From NCBI RefSeq assembly GCF_036971445.1, contig NC_091475.1:26784001-26848000 (forward strand): 64,000 nt of DNA. Reading direction: 5' to 3'. Below, one piece after another: positions 1 through 13,337 of the stretch. The notes beneath the pieces are model-generated. The model ran no database searches and was not told where the DNA came from. It saw only the letters and a list, made by a program, of their open reading frames with translations. The stretch's first letter is position 1, and every line of letters starts with the position of its first letter. A program made the translations under genes and the position numbers. Source of the DNA: Narcine bancroftii (Eukaryota).

Positions 1-360
1 ATTCCAAGAAGTTAACGGTTACTGTTTGCTATCATGTGCCATCATGCAAGTTAGAGTTTAATCGTTCGCAGGAGAGATTCTTGGTTGTATCTACACGTGC
101 AAGATGAACAAGGGGTGTGGTGGAATATCAGGCACCAATGATACCTACAACATTGTAATGCATTGCACTGTGTAAGGCAGATGATGCAACTTTGGAAATA
201 ATGGGGAGGCAAAGGGCAATATAACCATGGTAATGAACTAATTGATGCGATTTACAAGGTGGGAATGAAAAACTAAACTCTGCTGCGATTGTAGTTATCA
301 AGACTATTTAAGTGAATCAAAGACTCAAATATTCTTAATACACTTTTTGATCTACAATTT

Positions 361-960
361 GTGCACAGCATACTGACATCCCATTTTTATATTGATCTAT
401 TGGATTTAAGATTAGCCCCAATAGCTAAGATTAAAAATGATTGGGAGAGTGATCTTAATATAACTTTTTCAGATAAGGATTCCACTCTCAGTTTCATCAA
501 TGAACCTTCATTTTGTGCAAGGCATTATTTAATTACAATTTAAGGTGATACACAGAATAATTATCCCGTTTCTATGTGGCTCTTGAACCATTTTGTAAAA
601 GTATAACATTTTTGAAGCCTCACTGATTCAGGTTTTGGGAGTGTTGTAGATTAGGAAGATATTGGCAGAATATTTTTCATTCTTTGTCAACAATTTTTAA
701 GATTAAATGAGATCCTTGCCCTTTAACTGCCCTGTTTGTATTTTAAAAAAACGTGAACCGGATAAACTTTTATCAGCATCTCAAGAGAAAGTTTTAGATT
801 TTCGCACTTTGATAGCTAGACGAGCAGTTTTAATGGTGATCTCTCACCGACTCGTGCAGTGGTTACATGATGTAATGTCATATCTAAGCAAATTAAGTAA
901 TAATATTAAAGATACAAAGTTACAGTTTGAAAAGGTATAATTGCCAGTTTTAGATGATTT
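361..960 (+). mobile_element. L1-clade LINE ORF2 C-terminal fragment
   Basis: IKNDWESDL, CARHYLI(QFKVIHR), FRTLIARRAVL and QWLHDVMSYL are fish-type L1 ORF2 C-terminal motifs; frameshifted. Confidence 0.75.
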
Positions 961-2369
961 GGCGGCTCTCCTCTGGTCCATCAGTCTTCTGGAGGTCGTG
1001 ACTTGATCCATCTTTGTATTTTTCTTGCAACCTTGATTAGAGGGAGGGGTAAAAACCCAGAAAAATGCAGAGTTGGAATTGCAGAGGGAGCAGTCAATCC
1101 TGAATATGTCCAAGGTATAAACACCCTGCTTTACCAGAGCGATCCTATTAAACCTTTCGTAAGCCAAAATGGAGCAAAGACCCATTCACTACTAATGAAG
1201 GCTTTTTTCATAAAAGCAAAAACCCCGTCAAATTTATTTTGGATAGCAAGCACAGGTTTCTTTGTAAAAAGTGAATTTTCATAAAGTGAGTATTTGTAAA
1301 GTGGGGTATACCACTACCTTGAAGATGCTCAATTTAGCATATACGAGGCCAATCTAAAAATGTTTTCAATCACTGAGACCTATTGAACGCAGCAGCTTAA
1401 AAAAATTAACATCAATCTTTAAGCCAATTTCTTGGTTGACAGTAGTGCCATCAAGTTCAATTCTGATCATCAGTTATTAATTAGGGAATTAATTCTGTTC
1501 ATGGTTGATACATGCTGCCGACATTTGAGTTTATATTTTAACCAAATGCTACTAAACTCAGTCTTAAACAACATTCCCACCTACAGTAAGGCACAATACT
1601 AGTTTGAACCCTCACTGTCTGCTACACTCATTGCCTGGGTTGGTGGGTATTATTGTAAGAATAGGTAGAACTTGGGCAGACCTTGGTTTGCCAGGAACTA
1701 CTAGGAGTCAGAACCGCATATTCAACAAACATGCTTACATCATAAAGGGGGAAGAGCCACTTCCAGTGAAGAAGATTGTTTTGCAAAAAAACTAAACCTA
1801 GTTATTGAAGGTGGTTCATGGGTCAGGAGTAAATTAAAAGTACTTTCAGACAAATTTTTTTTGTTCATTGATCTGATTCTGTGAAACAAGGAATGTAGCT
1901 TCCTCAGTATTGCTGGCCAAATCAGATACCTTGCATAAGGGCTCAGGCCCAAAGCATTGGTTCTACATCTTACCTCCCATGGATGCTGCAAGACCTGCTG
2001 AGTATTTTTGCTATTTTACTGATTTACAAGGACTGAGTTTCTGGTGGCATTACAGACAGGTCCTCAACCTTGATTTCAGTCACTTCAGTGAGTTAAAAAA
2101 AACATAGCTGGATGGATTCATGCACATGCAGAGAGAGGGCAGGATTCTTCCACCCTACAGTGGCTCCTTGTGTATCATCTTAAACAGCAGAAGCCAGTCT
2201 TTTGAAAGCATGCACAACATGACATACAAAGTCATTATGAGATGCAGCCTGGCTATAAGCAGTATTCACTCTTGAATTGGCCATACATGTAGATTGGGTG
2301 TTAAAGAGGGTAAAGGCATGGTTGCCATCAACAGGCATGGCATCAGGTACAAGAATAAGTCAGGCATCT

Positions 2370-3400
2370 CTTACTCTGCCTTTAACGCACCAATGAAAAC
2401 AACTCCAGTTTGTCCAACCCCTCCCCATAACTCATATCTTCCAACCCAGGCAACATTCTGTTAAAACAACTTCTGTACTCTTTTCCAAAGTCTCCACATC
2501 CTTCCCATAATAGGGTGATCAGAATTGCACATTGCAGAATTGCAGCCCAACGAAACCTTTATATAGATGCAGTATGACTTCCTTACTTTTATACTCAATG
2601 TCCCACCAATGAAGGCCAGCTTCCCATAAACCAGGGGTGGCCAAACCGTGGCTTGCAAGCTGACATAATGTGCAGCTCGTGGAAATAGGTCGGCTGAGAA
2701 AAGAATCGCATGAACTAGTGCTCTCACCCAAGCCCTGGCCACCCACCCATCCAAGCTCCCGACAACCTGGCTGCGCTCCCAACCGAGATCCTTACGCCTG
2801 GCCACCCACCCATCCAAGTTCCAAATGCTATGAATGGTCCTGGCTGACACCCCAAGTGACGTAGGTATTTACCAAGTTCAAAAGTACTATGTCGACCCCT
2901 TAAATATTACCCTAAACATTGGTCCACAAAATTCAATTATTACGTGTATATACAGTATGTGTACTTCTTGATATTGAAACCAATACAAATTAGCAGTTTA
3001 AAAACTACATACATGAATAATTATTACACACATGTATTTAAATAAAATATTTGTAATGAAATGTACATGTAAAAGTAAAAATGCAATTTATTTTTCATGC
3101 CTTGTGGCTTTCAAACACCTGAAGTTTATTTTATGTGACTCTTGCATTAAGCAAATTCAGCCACCCCTACCTGAAACCTTCTTTACCACTTGCATGGCCA
3201 TTTCTAAGGATCCCAGATGCTTCTGCACATCAATGTTATTAGAATTCTTGTCATTAACCACATACTTTCTTCTTGTATCTGACTTCTAAAGTGTAATACC
3301 TCATAGTTGACAGGATTAAACATCATCTGCCATTTCTCTGCCCATATCTGTAACAGATCCATATTCTTCTGTATTCGTTGATAACCCTCTACACATCTTA
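2370..3400 (-). mobile_element. CR1-like LINE fragment interrupted by a hAT element
   Basis: Reverse-strand CR1 RT 3' remnants on both sides of 2632-3169 join colinearly (aggccagcttcccataaac / cttctttaccact). Confidence 0.6.
2632..3169. mobile_element. Non-autonomous hAT-type DNA transposon
   Basis: TIRs CAGGGGTGGCCAAAC ... ATTCAGCCACCCCTA; degenerate 8-bp TSD CCATAAAC/CCTGAAAC. Confidence 0.7.
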
Positions 3401-4479
3401 AGAGTCAACTACAGACTTGCTAAGTTTATGAGAAATGTCATTACTAAAGCAGAACAAAGTTTTAGGGTCTTGTTCTTAAGCACGAGGTTCCCCAGCTTCT
3501 TCAAAATCTCAGACCTGCAAGTGAGAACAGCAGTTAACCAAGTGATGCCGGTAATTAAGAGTACAAGGGTAGCTCCAACCTGATCATTGTTATTGGGCTG
3601 CTTTGATTCATTAAAAGCACAAGTAAGAAGTGAAAACTTGAAAGGAAGATGGAAGGTTTTTCTGATCATATGAAACTATCTGAAGCAAGATATAAGCAAA
3701 TGAAGACTGTGAAAATGAGGCCAGGGAGACATTTACAAGGGATCTGGGAAAATAAAACTGAATTGTTCTTGAGTTTCCATTTTAGATTAAACATTGATTT
3801 TTACACTATGTGGGATCCAAATGCATCTTCCAACAGCTAGCAAAATCTGAGCAAATTTAAGGACAAAAGTATTTTCTGTAAATCAATACAATGAAAGAAA
3901 TACCTTGGACACTGAAGAACATAAATATCTTTAGAAATGATAGAGAGAACAGCAGAGTATTTCAGTAGCACAAAATTAAACCCCCACAGTACAAAATTCT
4001 GTAACCATTATTTGAAATAAACAGACTTGGTTCAGGCCAGATTAACTAGTCCTGTTACAAAAATTCTACATATATTATATTTTCATCAACTCAACAACAG
4101 AATCATACCATTCAGTTCCTTCTTTAGCAAATTACAATCTATGAAATAGTTGATGTCTCAAATAAAAGACACAAAATATCACATTTTTAAAGAGTCATCA
4201 GGGCAGCCACTTATACATTGCAAAACAAATTGGGTGGACGTGAGGGGAGGGGCAGAATATGTATATTAATGCAGCACCTGTCTGACAATCACACTCAAGT
4301 ATTATAATATTCTAAGAGAAGCCACATCTTCCTGATTGCGACACCATCAACCAGGTTAACATAAAATACAAAATAGCACAATGTGAACCTGAACAAGAAA
4401 TGGTTGAAAATACAAAAAAAAGCCACCAATCAAGGTTGGCAAACACTTCTGCAAGTCTGCCAGAAATGAGTTACAATTC

Positions 4480-6366
4480 CCTTTGTGAAAATGAAATTTT
4501 ATTAAGGACAACTAGGAACAGTGTCAGTGGCTTTGACTTGAGCTATTAAATTTATATATTGCAAGTGCCAACAGATAAAGTCACAAGATTACAATTCTAA
4601 TCGAACCATCGTAAAACATACAAGTATGTTTCTTTTGATTTAATAACATTTCGTCATGTTTTGGAATATTCCAACAATACATTGTTGGTTTTTGCCCTGT
4701 TCACTCAGTTGAACAAAACAAACACACACACATACTGCAGAGAAAGAAATATTGAGCCTTTCCAGACGTGTTTCACGGGACTGTTGGTTTAACTTCAGTT
4801 CTGCAAGTGGAAAGGCAGCAGCAGGTTGTGGGCACAGTAACTACTCCGAATAAACATTCAAATCTGGACTCTTTTTCAAAACAAGCTTACTGCCTAAGTG
4901 TTTGAAGGCCATTCCACTTTAACAGGATGGAGGCATTTAATAATGGAGTGAAAGCTCCCTGTGAACAAAAAAGGAGCCTACTATTCAGTGATGGAAGAGT
5001 CACCAAGGATAATACACCAAAAGGAAATAAGAGATTTTGCTATGAAATCATTTCACTCTACGACCCCCTCCTTCAGCCAAAATACAGAACTTGCTCTTGT
5101 GCCCGGGTGGCCCTTTAGGGTAGTAGTTGTGGTAGAAGTCATGACTTTCCTTCCCACCTTCATAATATGGAACAGTGAATGAGGCAGCCAGCTGCTCCCC
5201 TTGTGAGGATGGAATGAAAATCCATGGGAGTGCTGGTAAAGACCAACAAGATGTCAAACCTTCGCACCAAATTTGTCCATTCAACTACTGCACCACCTAA
5301 TTTAGAAAGGAAATAAGAGGTAATGATCTCATTCTCCAACTGTTCCCTTGATATACAAAATGGCACAAGTCGCTTTATTCTTTTCATGTCAAGTATAACC
5401 TTTACCATGTAGTCAAGGATAATGATGACTTTTCATATGCAGTACAAGTTCAGTGGAAGGTGAACAATACCCAATTACTCATGAACTTTCTCTGAACCTA
5501 AACTTTTAAAGAAAGCCAAAATCATAATTCTACAAGGGCAGAGTATACACCAACAGAAAATAAAATTGTGCCAAAAGTCCTTGAGCCAATGTGCCTACAT
5601 CAATACAAGCCCAAGAAAATGCCTAATAATTTACTCTGCATTTTGTTTTGCCTAGAAATGCATCTAACTTAAATAACAATCTGTATTGACAAAAAGCTAG
5701 GCATTTTATCATTAATTCAAGTACAAAAGTGTGTTATGCGGTGTATAAATTTCAAATCATGTTCGTTCAAAAGCAGCAAAGTGTTTCCACTTAGCAGAAT
5801 TCTAGATTTACAGTGGAACTTCTGGTCCTCTGAAAACAGCGAGAGCATTTTGCTGTCTGGCAAGACAAACTCTGTTTTTGGAGCAGTGTTTGTCAAAATG
5901 AGCAAGATCTAAAGGATAGCGCTGAACAAAAGGCCCCAGCCTTTTTAAAATCCAAATTTGTTACTTTGCCAAAATTTACCTCAATAATATTGCAAAATGA
6001 TTTTGAACTCACTTTGGCAGAACCAATACTTATCCTTGCCATCATCCAAGGGAAATGCCTCTTCACTGTTAATTTGAGAGTACAACATGATTGGGCCCAG
6101 CTTTTCTTGAGAAATGGACACATGGAGTAGGAACTGGCAGCATTTCCAAAGCACTACTTATAGTAGTGTAAAATGCATGGACATTCCCAAAATATCATTA
6201 CTCCACTCAAGAAACTGAACATGGCTTCCTTTTTCTTAAAATTACTCATTATTTCATGTGGATAATTTCCAAAAGACCTGACATCATCTTTGTCCTTCCC
6301 AAATGTCAGCATACAGGTAGTTTCAGTAGTTCATCCAATGGTCACTCCTGAACACTGAAAGAGATC
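4480..6366 (-). other. PTGFRN: Putative long 3' UTR of PTGFRN
   Basis: AT-rich sequence with no recognisable TE downstream of the stop. Minus-strand AATAAA at 5379-5374 and 4503-4498. The true 3' end cannot be fixed from sequence alone. Confidence 0.5.
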
Positions 6367-6530
6367 TCAGCTAATGCACTTCTGGAGTAACCCATGTCGC
6401 TCATTCATCGCTGAAGCTCTCCCTCCGGAACGGTTTGGAAAAGCACAATATCCGATTGTACATGCGAGAATTGCAATTATTAAGGCACTGCCAACCCCAT
6501 ACAACAACGGCATCTTAAAGGAGTCCAGGA
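6367..6530 (-). CDS. PTGFRN: PTGFRN exon 9, coding part (TM helix, cytoplasmic tail, stop)
   Basis: Long C/T tract then ccctctag|TC. Translates VLDSFKMPLLYGVGSALIIAILACTIGYCAFPNRSGGRASAMNERHGLLQKCIS* with TGA at 6369-6367. Matches the PTGFRN pattern VL..FK.PLL.GVG...IGYC. Missing from the ORF track because it is shorter than 60 aa. Confidence 0.93.
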
Positions 6531-7533
6531 CTAGAGGGAAGGGGGGGGGGTGGGGAGGAGAGAAAAAAAAGCAAAAACAGTTAGTACGTTTGTTCGTATG
6601 CTGCTCCTCGCTGCTTTAAGCTGGTTCATTTCTATTCGAGTACTTTATTGTTGGTCTTTCTGAAATGCTGACACTGTGCTGAACTGTTTATTTTATCCAA
6701 CAAACTGACTGATTAAACACTCATTCCCTTTGTTCTTCATAATACTGTTATAATTATTTTATCTTTAAATTTCAATAGTTTAACATTTCAAACATTTTTT
6801 AAAAATCAGCTGTTGCTTTCATCTTCATAGACATTGGCCCACAGGAAATTCTCACCTTGAATGAGCCAATCATAAACTTTCTATGCCGCCCAGAGTTAAG
6901 TCACTGCTCAATTTTTTTTTGTAAATGGGATTCCTGCTTTTTAAAAGGTAATTATGTTTCAATAGATAGTACAAAGCATCTTCTGTTAGCAAAGACCATG
7001 CAAATAGGTCAAAGATCTAATGGGGTGGCAACTCTGAAATGAATCTAGAGTTTTCCCAACCCCACAATATTGGGTTTATTATTGATTAGCGATGTCTGGT
7101 ATGAATCTTGGCCGACATAACATTAGTTATTTTCAGTTAGGAAATTATTGAATGTTATGCTAATTCTCAGCAGTCTCAAACCCGAAAGACAAAAGAATAT
7201 CAACTGCACCCAAATTTAGAAAAAAAATCAAGATATAATAATTATTCAACTTGAGAGGATGCACAATTTCAATTGAAAATCTTTTTTCCTTTTCCTAGAT
7301 CAGTTTGAATATTGACCAATAATTACTGTAGATGGAAATAGTCTTCTTACTTTCTGCCAATAATCAAGATAAAAAAGATTTAAATGGCCAATAGAACATT
7401 TACATCCTTTGCACAAACCAAAGATTTAAAAGTTCACTGTAAACAGAAAAATAATTCGTACTGGAAAGAATCCTGTGCTAGGCATTTGAGTTTTGATCGC
7501 TGAAATCTTCTTTATGAACAAATCAAAACTAAC

Positions 7534-7836
7534 CTGAAATGTCAATGCGAACTGAAAGTACAGCAGATTCCTGTGGTGGTATTCTCTGCCATATTCCAGC
7601 CTCTGATATTATCCAAGGGGTCACTTTGCAAAAATAATCTCCAGCAAAACCACTGTCTGAACAATATACTTGCAGACTGAATTTGTGCATGCCAACTCGC
7701 TCAACACAGATGCCGTTGGTACCCAAGTCTCTCAGATACGTAACCACTGATTTCCGATCGATCAATACCAGTGGACTCAAGCTGTCATTATAAGGAAGAA
7801 GTTGCTGGAAGAACCATTCCACTTCATATAAAGCAT
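7534..7836 (-). CDS. PTGFRN: PTGFRN exon 8 (second part of Ig domain 6)
   Basis: Acceptor ttttttaatcatag|AT and donor CAG|gttagt; 303 nt. Translates DALYEVEWFF...LIDRKSVV...FAGDYFCKVTPW...GIWQR...VRIDIS. Confidence 0.93.
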
Positions 7837-8689
7837 CTATGATTAAAAAAAAGATAAATCATTTGGACTAATGAACAGTCCACAACAATGAGCACATCTA
7901 TATTGAATCCTATTCAAACCCACAATAATCAATGCGCATAATTTTAAAACTATACAAATCCAGGATTTGAGAAACCTCACACAACTTATTTCAAACATAC
8001 CTGAGAAAATAACACTTCAATTGGGATAAGAGTTTTTATCCAAAAGGGATCAATTCTCAATGAGCATCAAAATGGATGGATTAAATCAGTAGAGTTCAAG
8101 AATAGTTACTGGCATCAGATACAATAGATTCTCTTAGAGGAAAAATTGTGAGGGGAGAGCATCAAAAACACTGCCTAAAAAAGCAAGGAGCTAAGCCAGG
8201 GAGACACTCAAATCTCATTAGTCCAAAATTTATATTAAATTAATCGTGGTCCTGGTAGTCCAGAGCGACCACATAGTTGCACTCAAATGCACTCTTAAAC
8301 TGGTCTTGTAGGATTCAACAGTACAGGGCAGTTCCCCAGCAGAAATCTGTCACATGAACCCATTCATTTCAATGAAGAGGAACATCCAAGCAGCCAGGAT
8401 GGGGAGAATTTCAGTTGAAGAATGAAGTGCATTTTTCCTCCAGTGATTCTGCACATCCTGCAACTGCATCCTTAATAAGTGCCACATTTCCCAAAATAAT
8501 CAAACTTTTTCAGATGAGCAGTGGAACTGCACGAAGTGAAGCTAGAACAAAACACTAAATGGCAGCAGCTGTCATAAAATACTGCTCTCGCTGGTTGAAG
8601 ATGCAAATCTGCTGAATGTCAATCAACCCAGCGAAGCTACTCTGGAAGCGCACACCACAATAGAGAGAGGGCAATATTTCTCAAATTAC

Positions 8690-8797
8690 CTGACGCATTA
8701 GGTATCTCCAACAGGTCAACAGTGCAGTTCATTTGCAATGTTTCTCCTTGGTACACATGAGATCTCTCTGACTCCAAAGTCACATTAAACAGAGGAG
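8690..8797 (-). CDS. PTGFRN: PTGFRN exon 7 (first part of Ig domain 6)
   Basis: Acceptor ctcttcag|CT and donor CAG|gtaatt; 108 nt. Translates APLFNVTLESERSHVYQGETLQMNCTVDLLEIPNAS and supplies the first Cys of Ig6. Confidence 0.92.
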
Positions 8798-9655
8798 CTG
8801 AAGAGCAAAATGAGACATTAAAAAGTGAGCATTGCTTTGTTTTATAATGCTCAACATTAAATGCAACTGTATTTTTCAACTCTGAAAGTGCATTCTGTGG
8901 AAGGAAGTTAAAGAAGATGGTTTCATACAACTTAAGGTTTATAACTAGAATGATCAAGAAAACTCTCATGCTCGGAGGATGGGCAATGCGGAGGCTGGAA
9001 AATGAATTTTGAAGATTTGCCATTTTCCTCCCATCACATCCTTATTCTGTTGGCATTGGGTGGTCTTCCACATTTCTTTCAGCAGCGCCTTCCCCTCATT
9101 GAGAATTATAGTTGAGGATTGTTAGACAACTGTTCAAGCATGATGCACATTAGCACGCAAATCTAATCATGATCAACTTGGAAATCGTCTTAAAAGGAAC
9201 ATTTTAGGGGAGCATCTTCATCCAACCACGTCATTGAAATTCTTTATTTTAAAATTGATCTGACATTAAAAGCTTCTCTTACTGAAAATGGGAGGACCCT
9301 TACTTGAGTCAATCCAAACTTTAAAGCACTGTTAATTTACACCAATTCCAAGTACGCAAATGTGCTTTGTGAATTATGACTGCTTAAAGTAATTTAATCA
9401 TTCCTATTTAGCAGTCCTGCATTTTACAGGAAGATGCTATTTTGTAAATGAATCCTGACAATGGTTTGGGCCTTCAAACTAACCAGTGTATACAGTGACT
9501 TTACACCATTAGGAATTTGAAATTTTAGTTGCCTAGTACATTTAAGTAGGAATTGATAGTTTATTGGATATCAAATCAAGGATTAAAAGGATTGGAAAAG
9601 AAAGCATTGCAAGTTTAAATAATGAAGCTATGAGGGGCCACATGACCTTCAATTA

Positions 9656-9986
9656 CAGGTACACAATCCTTTATCCGGAACCCTTGGAGGACAGTGTGTT
9701 CCGAATTTTGGATTTTTCCGGATTTCAGAACAAAAGCCAGCTGCCCCAGATTTAAGCCCACCCGAATTGTGCTGCCGTATCCACCCCCTTCCAGTTGTGC
9801 TGCCATCTCTCTCTCTTCTCCCCCCCCCCCCCAAATGGCGCTGCTGTCTCTCCCCCTCCCCCCACCTCGAGTCGCGCTGCCGTCTCTCTCTCTCCCCCCC
9901 TCTCTTTCATACCAGCACCAGGAAAAAAAAGGCGGTTTTTGAAGCTTTCTTAATTTTAGATGTCTGGATAAAGGATTGTGTACCTG
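9656..9986. mobile_element. Tc1/mariner-type MITE
   Basis: Perfect 21-bp TIR CAGGTACACAATCCTTTATCC at both ends with TA TSD; low-complexity C-rich repeats inside. Confidence 0.9.
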
Positions 9987-10624
9987 TACTGGATTTCCAA
10001 TTCGGTTAAGTTCACCAAACCCTCCCAAATAGTAGAAAAATTCAGCTTCCATTCATTTGCATCTATCATTTCCCTGAGCAGAACTTTCATCCTTGAAACT
10101 ACATGAATTGACCAGAATGCTCCCAAACACTTGAAGTACAGAAACAGAGCATGTATAGGTTTATAGAGATAGAACCTCAGCCCAATTTGTCCATGCCAAC
10201 TAAGTTATCGATCTAATGGAGTCCCAATTGACCTTTTACCCATAAAACCCTTTCTATTCTTGAACCATCTGTGTAGGGAAGTGCAGAAATTGAGGGGGAA
10301 TGTGTAAAAATAAAATGGAATTAGTGTCAATGGATGTTTCATGGTCAGCAGGGTTAAAAGGCCTACTTCTGTGTTGCATGACTGTACATCACAAGTAGAT
10401 TGAACATCAATTTCTCCCCAAGAGCCTGCTCCATTATTTAATCAGTTAAGCTATTAAGTGCCACTTCCCTATAACCCCCTATCCTATAGATAACATTCAA
10501 TTTTTTCTACCAATATGAAGACTAAACAATTTTCAATACTATTTACTGATTCTATACACTCACCTACTAAACAGGTCTATTTTGCCTTAAAATTTATATT
10601 CTCTTATCCCATGCCACCATGCAG

Positions 10625-11089
10625 ATTATCAACATCAGCACACAGCAGCATGGTGACAACTCTACACGGAAGGTGACCACTGCAGCAGACCAGTGAGGGG
10701 CTCAGCAGCTGAAGGTCCCTCAAAGGCTGCAGCTGTTGGCAATTTAGGGTCAAAGGACCCACAAAAGTCATAGGCTGCTCGAGACTGGGTCAAGGGAACC
10801 AGGTATCAAGAGAGTATTAAAGATAAGAAGGGCTCCCAAAGGACTTCAGGCACTGAACGCATCCTGATCATACCAAAAGTTTGGATCCGGAGCTTTGGTT
10901 GTCATGGTTTGAATAAGAGCCTGTGAGGCTGCTGGAGTGCTGGAGGCAAATGCTCCGTGTCTCTGAAGGGACTTTCTTTTGCTTCTCTTTGTCCTGTTCT
11001 TAAGGCGGTTGGGCAATGCTCAAGGTTCCTTTTAGTGTCACATAATAATACATAAAAATGTAATATTACATGACACTAAAAGGAACCTT
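10625..11089 (+). repeat. Interspersed repeat of unknown family (second copy near 54825-55260)
   Basis: Shared colinear segments ggacccaca, gaga.tgggt...aaccaggt, tttggatc.gg.gct, gtgaggctgc, ctggaggcaaat and gggcaatgct. Confidence 0.65.
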
Positions 11090-11319
11090 AAATATAGATA
11101 TATTGCATCCAGGTCATTGACACAAATTGTGAACAGCTTGAGGCCCAGAACTGATCGCTGTGACACCCTATGAGGTACTACAACCCCAACCTAAATTGAC
11201 TAGTTTATTCTTCCATTTCTGTCCATTAACCAATCTTCAATTTCCTTCCCCACCCCCCCCCCCCTCCCCACCCCCATGCCCAATATCACTCCATTCAGAA
11301 AAACAAAGCACCCAACAGA

Positions 11320-11930
11320 TTTGGTAAATGCTATTGCATTTTTTTGGACTATCAGTTTTGGACTCTGGCCACTTAGCTACTTCAGCTTGTCATATGATTG
11401 CTTTTGTTACTTTAATAGCCAGGAGATCTATTCTGCTCAAATGGAAAGACCCCAAACCACCTCCTAAGTTCCAATGGTTTTCCCCAAACAAACGCATGTT
11501 TAAATTGAGGGAAAAAAAATTAGAAGTGGGTACTGTTGACCCTTCGGTTAAATTTGAAGAAACATGGAGGCCATTTATTCAACATTTTTTTAATATGATG
11601 CAAGTTAATCCTTTCTGAATCCTTTTAAACATTTTTTTTGTGAGTGTAGAGGAGTGGAATTAGCCACAAAATAATTGTTTAACCACTGAAACATGGTCAC
11701 TCAGCTTTTGTTTTGTTTTTTGTTTTGTTTCTTAGTTAGGGGGATATTTTTGTAACAAAGTGCGATTCCTTTTCATGTTTGGCCTTTAAGAGATTGGGAG
11801 GCTCAGTTTACATATGTTGCTCGATGTCGGTGTTTGTATATGTAAACCGTTGTTACTGCAATCCCAATCCTTTGCATTATTTTTATGTTTATTAATCTGA
11901 AACTTAATAAAAATAGTGAAGAAAGAAAGA
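11320..11930 (+). mobile_element. L1-clade LINE 3' end
   Basis: IAFVTLIARRSILLKWKDPKPP...KFEETWRPFIQHF, then a T-rich 3' UTR, AATAAA at 11906 and an A-rich tail. Confidence 0.8.
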
Positions 11931-12720
11931 TTTGGTAAACACCAGTTAAACTTCCCATAAATTCTTGATGGGTCTTCCCCATCCTGTTGACAAATTTCCA
12001 TTTTGGAAATTTTGGTTTGGCGTTCAGAGTTTGGAGGCAAAAGATCCATGGCTTCCTTCAAAAGAACAGAAAAGGGCTTCTTCCAGTGTTTTCATCATTT
12101 ATTTTGTTCCTGCTATCTTTTGGACAGATTGCCATCAATGTCATCTGATATTGAAATAGTAACTTCAGATCAAAGTTTAATTTTCGCCATGAATCACTTT
12201 TGGATGTCATGATCTGACCAAAATGCTGGAGAAATTATTTTTGTATCACTACACACAAGAAAGTGGTGATGAGATTGTCAATTTCATCTGAAATGATTCC
12301 TCATTTCTTACAAGAAGGTACCAGGTTATTTCTATTGTGTGAGCTTCTGCAATATTTTTTAGGATGCTCGATTCTGGAGCAATTTGCAATTTGCAAGTGT
12401 ACCGATTTGTTGAGGCATTATATAGTTGACCATAGAACTGTTAATTGACTTGCATTTATAGACACCTTGGTTGATGAACAAATGGACAGGGTGTTGAGTA
12501 CAGCAGCAGGGGCTTCATATGACGAATGAACATAATGTTGGTGAGATTACACTTCAAGTATTGAGCACAGTTTTGGTCACTTAGCAGTGGAAAATGGTGC
12601 AGGAAGAACCCCTGAAAATGTTACCAGGCTCTAGTTCTAAGGATAGGCTGAATAGTCTGAAATATGGGAGGACCATTTAATTTGTTACAATATTCAGCAA
12701 GAGTTAAACGTAGAACTTAC

Positions 12721-13134
12721 CTGCTGTTTTAAAGGTGACAGCAATGGCATTTGAGTAATTAGAAATGGCCTCAGACCACCCTCCATTTGCATCCGGAACC
12801 CATGCGTGGACCAGACAGTAATATGATCCTTCATCAGAAAACTGAGTCTTGTACAATCGGAAACGGAATTTCTTGTCACTGACTTTCTCTAAAACAACAT
12901 CTTCTGGTCGATCCTTAACATCCCACTGCTCCAGTTTCACCACTGAGTCCCGAGTCAATGAGATGAGCTTTTTACTGGCCTTTGCATCAGTGAAAGCTGG
13001 TTCATTCATTGTTATAATCACTGAATAATGAGGAACTTCAACATGCTCTGCAGAAATGCTACATGTCATTTCAAAAGTGTTACCTCTTGTAGCTACTGGC
13101 TTCTCCTCGGCTGCTGTAATGCTTAGGCTTGGTT
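12721..13134 (-). CDS. PTGFRN: PTGFRN exon 6 (Ig domain 5)
   Basis: Acceptor cttccacccag|AA and donor CAG|gtaagt; 414 nt. Translates EPSLSITA...GNTFEMTC...PHYSVII...LISLTRDSVVKLEQW...VVLEKVS...FRFRLYKTQFSDEGSYYCLVHAW. The upstream intron is only 203 nt. Confidence 0.95.
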
Positions 13135-13337
13135 CTGGGTGGAAGGAACACTAGCATTAAATGTTGGCTGAGACACACGTCATCATCCGAAAACAATGAT
13201 TCCATGATATCATACAGAAACAAGACAAAAGCCTCTGCAATGCATCGTTCTTCTAGAGAGAGGCATTTTAAAACAAACAACAGCATAATAGTTGGTCTGC
13301 AGAACAAAGCCTCACTAAAAGTTTAGGAATACTTTAC

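Noticed and set aside
6367-6381. C-terminal KCIS as a CaaX prenylation motif
   Set aside because: The Cys is third from the end, not fourth.
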